Shown here: piece by piece, positions 24,668 through 37,712 of the stretch
Layout of the letters: each line of letters opens with the position of its first letter
How positions within the stretch are numbered: position 1 is the stretch's first letter
Source of the DNA: Nemertoderma westbladi
Taxonomy: Eukaryota > Animalia > Xenacoelomorpha
Assembly (NCBI GenBank): GCA_032718475.1
Contig: JAUCBJ010000087.1
Location: forward strand, 6,961 to 70,960
Reading direction: 5' to 3'
Length of the DNA: 64,000 bases
Program-made: the position numbers and the translations under genes
The notes under the pieces: model-generated
What the model was told of the DNA's origin: nothing
The model's database searches: none
The model's input: only the letters and a program-made list of their open reading frames with translations

Positions 24668-25848
24668 ACGCCAGCCGGAAAAGCGTCCAACAAACATGGT
24701 GTAGAGCACCACATCGTTACTGAGGGACCTCCTCTATACGCGCGCGCCCGTCGTCTCGACTCCGAGGAACTCACGGTGGCCAAAGCCGAGTTCGCCAGGA
24801 TGGAGGAACTAGGAATAATACGGCGTTCGAACTAACCGTGGGCCTCCCCACTACACATCGCCCCTAAACCCGGTGGTGGTTGGTGGCCCTGTGGGGACTA
24901 CTGCCGGCTCAACGACGCCACCGTAGATGACCGATACCCCCTACCGCACATCCAAGACTTCAACAGTCACCTGGTGGGTATGTCGGTCTTCTCCAAGATC
25001 GACTTGGTACGGGGATACCATCAGATCCCCATGGCAACCGAAGACACCCGGAAGACAGCGATTATCACACCCTTCGGCCTTTGGGAGTTCCTCCAAATGC
25101 CGTTTGGGCTGAAGAACGCCGCCCAGGCGTTTCAATGCCTCATGGATGGCATTCTACGCGGCATCCCGTTCGTGTTTGTTTACCTTGATGACATCCTGGT
25201 AGCCAGCCGAACCGTCGCCGAACATCTCGACCACCTCCGCCAAGTCTTCCAACTCCTCTTGGACAATGGAATGGTCATAAACTGCGCCAATTGCATCTTT
25301 TGTGCGCCCGAGTTAACCTATCTCGGCCACAAAGTTACATCCTCCGGAATCCTCCCCCTCGAGGACCGTGTTGACACAATCCGGAACTACCCGACTCCAG
25401 ACTCTAAACTCAGCCTCCAGCGGTTCCTCGGATGGTAAACTATTACCACCGCTTCATGCCAAGGTTGGCAGACAAACTTTGCCCACTCTATGAGGCAACC
25501 AAGCCCAAGGGTAAGGAGATAATTTGGACACCTAAATGCCAAGCCACGTTTGAATCCGCCAAGTCGTTCCTGGCCGCTGCAACCCTCTTTCACCACCCTA
25601 ATTCGACCGCTAATACCAGTATCACGGTCGATGCCTCTGATCGAGCTGTCGGCGCTAAATTGGAGCAGCTCCATGGCCATGTGTGGTATCCCATCGCGTT
25701 TTTCTCGCGTAAACTCTTGGCAGCCGAGGTTAAATACAGCGCATTTGATCGCGAGTTACTGGCTGTATACCTCGCCATCAAACACTTTCGGCACTTCGTA
25801 GAAGGTCGAACATTCACCGTATATACCGACAATAAACCACTCACGTCA
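24668..25848 (+). pseudogene. Ty3/Gypsy pol fragment (RT + RNase H) with a stop codon and frameshift
   Basis: DRYPLPHIQD, FSKIDLVRGYHQIP, KTAIITPFGLWEFLQMPFGLKNAAQAFQ, YLDD, VDASDRAVGA, YSAFDRELLAVY. Confidence 0.95.
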
Positions 25849-28800
25849 GACTGGAAAACATATATTATCATTATCTGATTATACTGTTTTAATATTATAT
25901 TATCGAATCCATATTTAGACACATTAATGTTAAATATTTTAGCATGACGCTAAAATGGTTAGAAAATGGAAGCAATCTCCCGGGAACAAGTGTTAATATA
26001 AATTATATAAATTATAATTAATTAATTATTAATTAAATTAATTAAAGACAGTGATTCTCTCAACCCAGAACTTGATATATAGGGGGCCACCAGGTAAACA
26101 TCCTCACGTATACATTGGATTCAATAACATTGCTTTAAGGGAATTCCATACATTGGGTAACAAGGTTGTTGCTATATATGATAATGAATGGTTTCTACTT
26201 TCTAGCAGATGTGTTACAAGTTAATTCAGATGATTTGAATGTTTCCTTTATTGGAGTTCCAACTTTACTGAAGTTCCAATGAAATCAATTCTTGGGAGAT
26301 TTCATGATGACCTGCTAATACCAGTAGGAACTCGAGGTCAATATAAAACAGACACCACAACAATGAATGCAATAGAAACTGCTTTTGAATAATATAATAC
26401 TTCTTGATAGACAGGTTCTACCTATGCAACTGAATGCTATAATGCCCAAATACGAAGTATGCTTATTTTTTTTAAAATAAATAAAACATTTAGATTTTTG
26501 CCAATTTTTAATTGTAATAGGATAACCACATCGCCTACTGCAAAATTTCTAAAAGATCTAAACCAAAAATCTAATAGCTAATCATTTTAATTACAACTCT
26601 ACTAGCTCATCATTATGTAAAAATTAAAAAAAATAAAATAAAATCACAAAAAACACATAAAAAAAAACACATTTTCGTCACCCAGGCCACAGTACTACCT
26701 AATAATTATTGTAAAGCGAAAATACAAATCTTCTTAAATAGGGAGATATTCTACATATTAAATGGCGGCGTACATTTACCTTTAAAATTGACGTAGCAAC
26801 TTCGATAGAATCGGGTTCCCAAAATAGTTAGGTCTTCAAGCCCACCATCTACCAAATCCAAAGGAATCTTCACATTTCCATCTAATTCTTCCTATCGCGG
26901 CAATCTTATTTCGCAAAGGACAAAAGTCCTTCTCATATTGCTATCGCTGCATTTTATCTTGGGTTTCCAACTTTTGGATTTTTTGGATCAATATAAAGCA
27001 GTAGATCCAGATAAGGCAATCTTTCGCAAAACGAAATGTCACATTAATCACAATTTTTTTAGTTATTTAGCCAAAGCACTCGTCTCCTCCAACTCTCTTT
27101 ATGGCCCCTTTTCATTGCCTAAATGTAGCCTATTACTGCAATGTTTTGAAATATGTATTACATTAAACATAATATTTTAGAATGTTTACTGCTGTTGCTA
27201 ACACATTCTCTATATACATAGCTTAACATTTTTCGGTAATTTTTTTTTATGATTTTACCCTCAAAACAAACGGCAATAAAAAAAATTGCTCAACCTTTCC
27301 CAAAGTCTTTATAGCGAAAATGTATTGTTATAATGTGGACCAACATCATGGGCAAATAAAATTGCAGTCATACGCTGGAGAACGGTTCGTCAGTAAAATG
27401 TACCAAGCGTCTACTCGACTAATATGAACTGCCTAGAGAATGTATTTCTATTTAATGAGTTTCCACAGTGACAATAATAATAAGCTATTAATAGATATTA
27501 CAATTAACCAAATATAATTAACAACTAAATTATTCTGAACAATAAAAGTTATAAACTACACTTTATTATGCAATGGAATAAAAAATAAGGTGATTGTTCC
27601 CAGATGAGATCCAGGCTAAAAATCGACATGGCTCACATATTTCAACAATGATTCATCCATTCCGAGCTCAGATTACATGATAGCCCCTGTACATAATTCA
27701 GTTAATTGAGGATCATACTCACCAGTCAATCTCCAGTCTCGCCAATTATAGAATTAGCAGTGAATAGGCTACCAAGGTAATTGTAGAGTAGAGGTAACCT
27801 CAGTGAACTCACCACCTGCATTAATTAAGTGATCTGTATTACACCTGATAAACTCGGTGGAAAGCACCTCTTAGTTTTTCATCAATTAACATTCAGAAAC
27901 AATCCAGACGGGGGGTCTGGATTGGGTCCAGCTTGGACTTTCCAAATTATAGAGTTAGTGATGGCTTTTCCTGGGATTATCTTTCCATGCTTTCTCGACT
28001 GTGGCTTTGATCTGGAACAACATGTTTGTAAATAAGATCTGCAACCAAATCTGTGATCTCATTGATACATCAGTAGTTATATTTGCTAAGTGCTTCTTTC
28101 GGAACATGATTTCTATCCACTGGATATAGTCTACAAGCCTTAAATCCGGCACTATCATATTATTATCATAATCATATTGGCACTACTCTTACTTTAACTT
28201 CTTGATACCATGTTTCAAGTCTCCAATCAGACAAAACAGACCTCCAGTATGGTGGCTCATGGAGGCCAACTGAAAAAAATATGTATATGTGGCACCCATG
28301 GTCTACACTTCTAATTAAGTCATTCATGGGTCATGGAGGCCACCTATAAAAATATACTTAGCTTCCACGGTTCAAATAATAAACAAGTATCATAATTAAT
28401 ATTGTAGTATTATTTGTATTGGCACTCATGGGCCAGTGTTACATTTACATACAGTGTTACAAAAACATAGGTGGCCCATGGAGGCCAACTCCATAGAAAA
28501 GCATTATAGTCTTGGCATGGAGGCCATCATGGTGGGAATTTTAAAACCACAGTAGCTGACTGCACTATACTTTCATTTTTGTCTACCTGTACTGGTAGGC
28601 CTATTGGTCAGTTTATTAATGGTTAACTATGTTATGTGTGTTTGTGTACGAGTACCGGTAGTGATTGTGTAGTCAGTTTGTGAAAATATTGTTCTGTTCT
28701 GCTCTGCATCTGGCATTTGTCTGTTTGTTATATTCATTTTTTGTTGATTTTAATTTGTTTCCGAGTACTAGCTGTTAGAAACATCACTATTCTGCTATCA

Positions 28801-28859
28801 GGCCTACACTAAATGTGATGTCTTGTCTCAAGTTTTCAGACATCGAATTGTTAAAAGAT

Positions 28860-29690
28860 AAGATGTCAGAGAAGCGCATGAAGGAAGGGAAGAACCATCC
28901 ACCATGGTTACTCGTACAGAGAATGCCTAACAAACCGGGCCGTCTAAATAAATTTGAAATTTAAAAAAGTTATCGGCACTAGGCACTTTGTGCCATTTGA
29001 TGACATGGAACTAACAAGTGGATAACATTATTCATGCCTGTGAAAGTAATAAGTAGTAAGTAATAAGTAATAAGTAGGAAGTAATAAGTAGTAAGCGTCG
29101 GAATCTAATGGCGCTTTGTTTGCTTCTGATAGAGGTCCAGTCTGCACTGAGCTCGAGCAGATTCAATCCAAAAAGGTTTACCTTGTTAACTTCAATTCAA
29201 CAAGTTAGTGTTCTTAATCTGTCTCAATCTGTTCAATCTACTCCTACCCAGCTTCCTGTTGATACAACAACTATCGCATTCGCATCAACAAGTAAATCAC
29301 GAAATTTAAGTGGGTGTTACCCATTGAAGTCAGTCTTTGTGGCGCAGTTGCTAAATGCTGGTATTTGTGTCAAGCCAAATCAACATGCAACTGTCACGAT
29401 TGAGCAGTACAATGTGGGAACGGAGTCTTGGGAAGTAGCAAAACCTATCGAGCTTAGTATAGATTATGAACCATTTGCTGAGGGTGGATCAAGGTTAGCC
29501 TATCTCGCTATGGATGACAATAAGAAGAAATGGGTGGTAAAACGCTATGAAGAAACCACCGCTATGGTGATTGGTGTTGTTGGATTGACCATAGAACAGC
29601 ACACGCAAACAGGTCCAGGGTCATAGAGTGGCAAGCTACTTAGCCATACAATTTACTAAAATCTTTAGATAAGAAACAAATAGATATCCC
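28860..29690 (+). pseudogene. Alpha-kinase (eEF2K-like) fragment, truncated
   Basis: IDYEPFAEGGSRLAYLAMDDNKKKWVVKRY matches alpha-kinase subdomains I-II (PFA.G..R.AY...V.K). A frameshift follows and the catalytic half is missing. Confidence 0.65.
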
Positions 29691-29699
29691 ACCACAGCA

Positions 29700-29862
29700 T
29701 TGCATGGTCAAATTAATGGGGAGACAATTGAGTATGGAAAGTAGGTCGTGTGACAGAAATATTCACAGGAAAGGATGGACATGTGAGAGTCATGGAAGTA
29801 AAAGTCAAGGGTAAGGTATACAAAAGAGGGATCATCAAGCTGTGCCTTCTTGAAGAGGTACA
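29700..29862 (+). pseudogene. BEL/Pao retrotransposon C-terminal (DUF5641-like) fragment
   Basis: WKVGRVTEIFTGKDGHVRVMEVKVKGKVYKRGIIKLCLLE. Confidence 0.85.
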
Positions 29863-31500
29863 GACACGATTAAATATGAAGTAATCTCACTTAAATGTAA
29901 TAGCCCATTAGCAGTAAACAGTAGAGTCAGCTCACCGTAATATCAGTGAGTTAGCTAAACTCTAAGAGTTTTATGGGCATTACAATGTTAGTGAGAGGTA
30001 GGGGTAACCCAGTTCCTACGACCATTACCACTACCATTACCGCAAAAAGTAACTACTGTACAATCCCTGTGAAGGACAACTAGTTTCGTTACCACTGCAT
30101 ACCAGCACTGATAGTTTTCCCGAAGTGTTTCGTAAAATTCTTGGTATACCCAGCCAAATCGTTCCAACCGTTTAAATGATCATTCGAGACAACCACCATC
30201 TTTATCGAAAGAAATTGAATATGAATGGTACCGAGATTATTCATATGATGAGACAGTGTAGAGGTAGTGAACCGTATTCAATGGTCATGATTGAAACTGA
30301 AGCTCAGGCTTTTAGGATACGAATAAATATTCATGACACGGAATTAAATCGCATAATAACATATGGCACTAGTTAATCTGTAGTCAATATCAGAAAACTT
30401 GGAGACTCCTTCTTTTCTTTATTACCTAATTCTAGTATCACTCATGATGGATCCAGTAGACTGCAATTTGAGGAATCTATGGAATTCGATGTCGAACCCC
30501 AACATGACCATGACCAACCTCCTCAGGACCAACTAACTGTAATCGTCCAAAGAAAGGGGTAGCTGCTGTCTGTGATAATTGTAAACGAAACTCAACAATA
30601 ATTTATGATCTCGATATTCATTTCCTCCCTGGGGTTTTTAAAGGAAATAAATATGGTGCAGTTAACCCTTCCAAAGTTGTGCACTGAATGTTCAATTTAC
30701 CTGTCTGATCATCGAGTAATGGAGAGAGAGTGGTATAAGTATATTTGGCCTAGTCTGGTGTGGTCTCTTTTACATACTGAGAAAGAAAATTACTATCTTC
30801 TTCCCGATCAATTCTGGTCTGTATTGCCATACACAATTCGTGATATATGGAAAAGTATTGTAGGACATGAAGAAATATTAACCGTGTTTGTACAAAACTC
30901 ACGAGTGCTACATCATAGAACCAATACTTGCGACAAAGGATCTAGGTTTTCTGAAAGAAGCCATGGAATTAGTTTCGTTTTTTTTAGAATATTAATGCCT
31001 GCGAGGGCCATGAAGGGCAACTTAAAACTCAATAAAATTTTGTGTACAGGTATTTGGGATGGTTTCCAACCTAATCCGCATTGGTTCATTTGAAATATTT
31101 AATGAGTAATACAATTTTATATGTGCACGAAAAGTACCGAAAAGTCTCATTTTTTGAAATTTTGGAGTCTGAGAGGGACATGAAAACCAAGTCCAAAAAT
31201 AAAAAAAAAATCGCATACAACGTTTTTAGATGGCATATCACATTTTCCATACTGGTTCAACAGTAAATTCGATAAAAAGTAAAAAATGACCAACCTAATA
31301 AACAGTGTTGAACATTTTAGTCGCAAAAAAAATAAAAAATAAACAAAACCCGAATTTTAAGTAAAAAATCATCATTCCTGAACAATTTTGATTTTGGCAC
31401 TCGTGTTGTTCTTTCAAGACAGGAACGATAATTGTGAGTGAATAATACCAAACCAATAAAGGGCTTAAATAAGAAGAGTCTATCTTTTATCTTTTGCCGT

Positions 31501-31672
31501 CTTTTGCAAAGACGGCAATGATGTCCAGGTGGGATCGAACTGGTGACCTCCGGGTTGGAAGCCTGATGCTCTAACCATTCAGCTAGCGAGCTGAATGGTT
31601 AGAGCATCAGGCTTCCAACCCGGAGGTCACCAGTTCGATCCCACCTGGACATCATTGCCGTCTTTGCAAAAG
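31501..31672. repeat. Perfect inverted repeat of tRNA-like (SINE head) sequence, 84-bp arms and 4-nt loop
   Basis: 31501-31584 is the exact reverse complement of 31589-31672. Each arm has AGCTGAATGG (A-box), loop CTTCCAA and GTTCGATCC (B-box). Confidence 0.93.
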
Positions 31673-32983
31673 CTGTGCCCAACAAAAAAAGTTATAATAA
31701 TATGAAGCCACTCATTCACCCATAACACCAATAATAATTAAGATGGGTGATGACAGTGGATGTAATATTGGCAATTATATTTAGTTACAATTGTACAATT
31801 ACAATAGTTACAATTATTATCTTTTTTTTAAATTTTTATCAATTTTTGAAATTTAAAATTTTTTAAAACTTTTGAATTTGTTTTTATTTTGAAAATTTAG
31901 AAAAAAATTCGAAAAAATTTAAAAATTTAAAAATATTTTTATATTTTATTTTTCGATTTCCATGATTTTGACAAAATTTTCAAATTTTTGTCTATAGCCG
32001 GATCTCAGTTCTGGAAAATTTTTATTTAGCCGAGCTCAAAGGGTTAAAGTGCTAATATAGGAGCGGCCAGATGTTCAGTAGTAGTTATAATTAGTTCGAT
32101 ATTCTAATCACACATGACGAAAGTCCCTTACACATAATAGGTATTTGGGATGCTGATCACGAATATGACACTGAAATTTGCCACCAATCTTCTTCAACAT
32201 CATTAATTCGAGGACGTGGCCATGTTCAGTGCAATGTAACTGAACATGATGCCAGTGCAGTTGATGTACAATTGTCATCTACATCAACACAAAGTTATCG
32301 ACATGGACATGGGTGCGCCAGTGGTAGGAGCATTGGTCTAAAGATAAAATCACGCATTTGAAATACAGTACTTGGTATTTTGATATAATCAAATACATAA
32401 ATATACATATTGAAATACTGAATGACAATCACATTATACTTTTCGAAATACTGAATGATTATTATCGAAATTCTAAAGGACATTTATATACCGTACTTAT
32501 CGAAATAATACTGAATGAAATATCTTACTTATATTTTTTTAATGTTTTTCAGGCTGTTGCCTAAGTAATTTTTGATTTAAGTTCTATTTTACATGCAATT
32601 TTATTTTTGGAAGTTGAACCTTGATATGCTTCTAAGTGAATATCTTTCCACAAACATGTGCTCATGGTCCTCCTCGATTTGTTCTACTCGCATCCAAAAT
32701 GAATCGCATAATAATTTCGCATCCGTAATGAAGATGTTGGAGCTTCAACCTGTTCTCCGATTGCTACCCAGTTTATTGATTCCGATGACAATACCTTTAT
32801 TGATCTTCCTAAGGAAAACATGCAACCTGATGAACCTGAAGGAATATGTTGTCTGACTCAAATGCTGGCGCCGTCGAACAATGCACCAGCTACTGGTACA
32901 TTCTTTGAAGAAGTTCTCCCATCGAACAATGCACAGCTACTGGTACATTCTTTGAAGAAGTTCTCTGTTTTCAAGTTCCGGAG

Positions 32984-33310
32984 CTTTGGTTCTCCCAAGC
33001 TTGACAATAGAACAAAATCGCCTCCGCTTTGCAGGACATTGCTTTCGCCGTGAGGACCAGGCAGTGCATAATCTTGTACTTTGGCAGCCTCATGGAGTGA
33101 ATAAGCAGCAGCCTCATGGAGTGAATAAGCATGGTGGACAGCCCATGACTTTCTTGAGACGCATCTTAATGGACACTGGCCTTGAAGATGCGGATGATCT
33201 AGCAAATTTCATGGGTGATAGGTAGTTGTGGCAGCGCATTTTTGTCAACAAGCCGGCACAGCATTCTTAAAAATGCAGCTGCAATGCAGCATGCCGATCC
33301 TAGTAGTAGT
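32984..33310 (+). mobile_element. 5'-truncated RTE LINE (family A)
   Basis: QNRLRFAGHCFRREDQ..LVLWQP, a (TAG)n tail, and TSD AAGTTCC(G/A)GAG at 32973-32983 and 33311-33321. Confidence 0.88.
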
Positions 33311-33399
33311 AAGTTCCAGAGAACAATGAGGGGGAACAAGAACCCCAACACATTTGTCAACCATGTAACGATACCTTAACCAATGTTTTGTTAAGTTTA

Positions 33400-34328
33400 A
33401 TGGAAAGGTTTGAGAATGACGATAAATACACTTGTATTGAAATAGTAAGAGGACATGCTATGGTTGATTTCGGGGGGCCCAAGAAGGGAACTATTTACTT
33501 TGTTCTTCACTAATCAACCTGCTTGTTACAATTGTCACAATTTAGATAAGCTTGGCATGTTTCTAAATCTTGGAAAGTTAACCGCTATTAGTCTTCTTAA
33601 TAGATCGTCGGGCCCTCATTTCTTTACTCCTTCTGTAGCTTGAGCAATATTGGATATCCCATCCGAAGTTGATATTTCAGAGGTGCCTCGTGAAGACAAA
33701 CTGTATGATAAACTACAAGTTATTCAAAGTATTGATGATGAAACGGAGTTTAAAAATTGCATTGGTGATTTTCCAGAGCGTTTTGACATGGGTCTTACTA
33801 AAGCAAGTTTAGATTTACAAGACAAAAATTATGTGTAAAAAATCTACTATTTCTAAACATATAGTTGGTAGTTCGGTATGGGAAGAAATAATGATGTACC
33901 GTCGAGGTTTGAAAGCTTTTGGTGTGTATGATGCTCTATTGAGATTTCCCGAGGATATTATGAAACTTTTTACTTATCAGGATGTTACATATCAACAGGC
34001 TAGAGCATGCTTTGAACCTATCTTTCAGGCAACCCCATGAAGCGCAGAGAGTGAGAAAGAGGCTCTGATTTGTTACAGATTTAATTCATTCCTGAAGAAG
34101 GTTGGTGAAAAGAAAATATATGTTAATGATATCACAGGTTCAGAAAATCCTCTTGATCTAAGTCAGGTATTGCAGTTCGCCAGCGGCTCATCCAAATTGG
34201 TGTGTAATACATGCGATCCGGCTCTCGTTTTTCAACTCAATGATCGTTATTTGTCTGGGACTACGAAGGACTTTCATAATAACTTTTCAGATGATATTAT
34301 TTGTGGTACTGGTTTTGGAATTGCTTAA
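33400..34328 (+). pseudogene. HECT-domain E3 ubiquitin ligase (G2E3-like), decayed, copy A
   Basis: GGPRRELFTLFF, LGKLTAISLLNRSSGPHFF, RGLKAFGV, VLQFASGS, CNTC (catalytic Cys region), and a terminal GFGIA*. Several frameshifts and stops. Confidence 0.8.
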
Positions 34329-34509
34329 CTATTTATTTTATATTAATTCTAAAATTACAATTTTTTAATTTACAACTTCATTATTATGCGGGGGGGGGGG
34401 GGGGGGAGCCAATGTTACGAATTTATGGACAGCAGCCAAATATAATAATAATAGACCATCTTAGTTAACAGAGAAACACAATACATTTTAAACATTTAAA
34501 CAATATTAT

Positions 34510-35460
34510 AAAGTTATGCATTTTCCCGAATAAATTCTTGATATCCGCCCTCTATGTGGGTGGTCGATTAGGTAAAGCGCAGTATTTGTACAGTCCTGCA
34601 ATGAGGAGCACCGTTCGGGTGAAAAAGCGTTACCCCTAGACCCTGGTCACTCAAAAGACTAACTGTGTTTTCGCATATTGGCACATCACAAGTTAAGTTA
34701 CGTAATAAATTTAAGTCTTCACTCTCAATTGGATGGAGGTAATTTGGGATGTCCAAGTACAGAATAATCGGTTTTCCGGGTTTGGAAAGTGTTCTGCTCT
34801 TTCTAATTCTATGTGTATTCCACAGTTCTTTCATGGAGTTTAGAGTGCGTTGTAAATAACTCATAAATGAGTAGCGCAATATTTCAATGTGTAATTGATT
34901 GGATGAATCAATTATTCTTTCAGTTTCCAACCAGTTAAAATGCATCATCCATGTGCTCACGCCAAGCTGTGGAAACTTCGACCATCAACTTTCAATGCGT
35001 TGATTGCATGAGCTTTTTCCATAAAGATAAGTAGAATCATAACAGCTCTCCTGTCTTCGTGTTGTGTTCGTAGAAAATGCTGCATTGTTTCCACATTGAC
35101 ATTCTCAGTGCCACAATCTGATCTAATTAAATGTGGCACCCCGTTAAGTTGTTCGACAACACAGAAAAAGTAATTTCCAACCACAAACGGGTCATTATTT
35201 GTTGACGCACAATCAAGCCACATAATTTTGCCGCTGTATCCATCTGTACAACCATGAACAGCGAAACCATAAACTTTAAGTTTGTCCCAACCATCTATAT
35301 GATACATGTAGTTGGGCCCAAGCGCATTGTAAGTACGTCTTACAGTTTTATTACGGATCCTTTGCTAACACTGATCGGATCGAGTGATCGATGAATAATT
35401 GAAATAACTTCTTCTCTTACGAATATGGTATTTCTTAAGGAGTTTTTCTCGTGGTCATAA
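34510..35460 (-). pseudogene. IS3/IS481-like DDE integrase-core transposase (IS3EU-like), frameshifted
   Basis: RRTYNALGPNYMYHIDGWDKLKVYGFAVHGCTDGYS, RSDCGTEN, NQRIE, WNTHRIR. Confidence 0.85.
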
Positions 35461-35714
35461 ACAAATAGTACCCGTGATAACGTTGGCCTATTAAGTTTAT
35501 AAATATTCCTAATTTATTTTGCTTGAAAAAATATTCCAAATTTTTTTTTCTGAAAAAATATTCCTAATTTGTTCTCACAGCAAATATTTTAGGCATATTT
35601 TTTATGGCCCCAAATCACCACCATATAAAATATAATTTGCCTTATTAAATTGTATTATTGTAAATTAATTCCGATCACAAATAAATTTCAAAGCACTGAA
35701 TAGGCCTACATACA

Positions 35715-37645
35715 TATCAAACTCTCCCGAACCCAGCCCCTACTCAAAGTAAGAATTTACAAGTAAAACATTCATATCAATTATCCGAACTGATATGAAG
35801 TGGGATCATAAGTTGATAAGCACATGTCGAGTATGTAATGCGACAATGGCAACCTGTCGGACACTCTTTAAACATTACGCTCAATCTAGGAACAAATGTG
35901 GGGTTGTGAGATCCAAACAACCAATGAAGCAAGTGCTTCTTAGTTAAAAGGAAACTTCCACTATTCAAACTCATGTCATCGTCCAGCTTCTCTAGTTAGT
36001 TGCCACCCCAAAATAGGATATCGTCTTCGTGAAAATATCTGTTCGATCCAGTCTCAGACTGATTTAAATAAAGAGCCTCATCCCAAAACTCACCGATGAA
36101 CACCTTAAATGGGCAATATAGGCACTTATAGAGTAGCTGAGGGGAGATATCCCTATCCGCCAAACAGTTCTGAAACCCCTCCTTCATGGAATCAATGGTG
36201 GTTTTATTTGCGATCAGCACAGCTGATCAGCAGTCAGCAGGTCAGAAGTCTTCCTGTTGTCACTTGCACTACCTGCCCCAATAATAATACCAAGTTCACC
36301 ACAAGAATATCGCAGCTCGTCGCTTACTCGGCCCAACAGAATCTCTTCAACCATAGGGGGAACTTCGTCAATAGATTCAACGTAACTTAAACAACTAGAA
36401 TCTTCCCCGTACATATCAATACGGGCCACTATGCGCCAATACGGGCCAATATGCATTATACTAATAGTCTGCTCCCCATGGAGTAACGAAATAGCTAACA
36501 TCTTTCCTAAGGCTAAGAATTGTCCATTTGCTACATTCGAAACGACAGCAGCTGAAGGAACAACAAATTGACCAAGGACAATGAACAGTAGCGACGATGG
36601 CAACAAGTTTATTAAAGATCCAAAAAAATCCCTCCTTAAACCACCTTGGTCGCAACCAGATTCACCTTGAAAATAAATCGCCAATTTTTTATTGGGATTT
36701 ATCCTTTCAATAGCCTTTAGACCATCTTCTAAGAGAAACCACCGGCGAATACGAATTTTTTGGAGCTCATCAAGGTCAGTAAATCCAGGTGCATTCTCAT
36801 CGTAAACATAATTAAACTGTAGTCGCTTTAATATTTCAAAATCTCCCTGGGTAATGACTGTCTGAGAAATGGGCACAATGGCCGCACCCACACTCTCCCT
36901 TGCTGAAGCATATTCTTCTGTCATTTCCCCCATTGAATCAAAACTGACATCAAGTAAACTGGAGTTATCAATAGGTTGGAAAGGATGATCTGACTCCTCC
37001 CTCATAAACCTACTCCAGGAGATATCATCGCGCTGTTCCGGGAGCTGCTTTGGCTTTCACTCTGGTCGTGGTTGTCCGATGGTTGAAATGCATCAGAGTC
37101 ACCACTACTATCAATCAATTGTACGTAAATCGGTATCTTCTGTGGATAAAAACATCGAAATGCTTCGGCTGAAAATTTGAAATCATTACTAACACTGACT
37201 GATAAGCGTGATTACTTTCTCGACAACTTTAACAAACCGAAATTCCGTTCCATCTCCACAACATGATGGTGGAGACAATAGACAGTTTCTTGTCTTTTCT
37301 TTGTCTTCACCATCGCCACTCCCATATCATATAGCAGAATGTTTGATGATAGTATCTTTAGAGAGTGTACACCTGGTTTCCCCGGAGAGGAACTGTCAAA
37401 GAACTACTAATGTTTTATGGGCAATAGATCTGACCGGTCTTCCTCGTTGGCATTGTACTGTTGTACTCCTATTATTGTTGCTGGTACTTCGTATTTGCAT
37501 ATTTGATGCGCTTGGAAAAACAACTTCCGTAGTTCTTCGCCTGAAACCTGCGTTTGGACGCGGCAATCCCTCTTGATATGGTGAAAAAGTACGCTGTAAT
37601 TCCGAATGGATACCAGCTCCGGAATCCTCTATTAACCTCAAGTCT
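35715..37645 (-). pseudogene. HECT-domain E3 ubiquitin ligase (G2E3-like), decayed, copy B
   Basis: IRIRRWFLLEDG...IYFQGESGCDQGGLRRDFF, LGKMLAISLLHG, LLHWLFGS, TYSTCAYQLMIP, and a terminal GFGRV. Confidence 0.85.
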
Positions 37646-37712
37646 TCTACCTACATGCACTACAATAATTATAGACTTTAATTCATTGATGATTTAAAGT
37701 TCTCTATATTAA

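Noticed and set aside
27560-28230. Coding-like minus-strand stretch
   Set aside because: Broken frames with no motif I can assign; probably TE debris.
31586-31655. Functional tRNA-Gly or tRNA-Trp gene
   Set aside because: The 5' acceptor strand is missing and the anticodon and T stems are mismatched; better explained as a SINE head.
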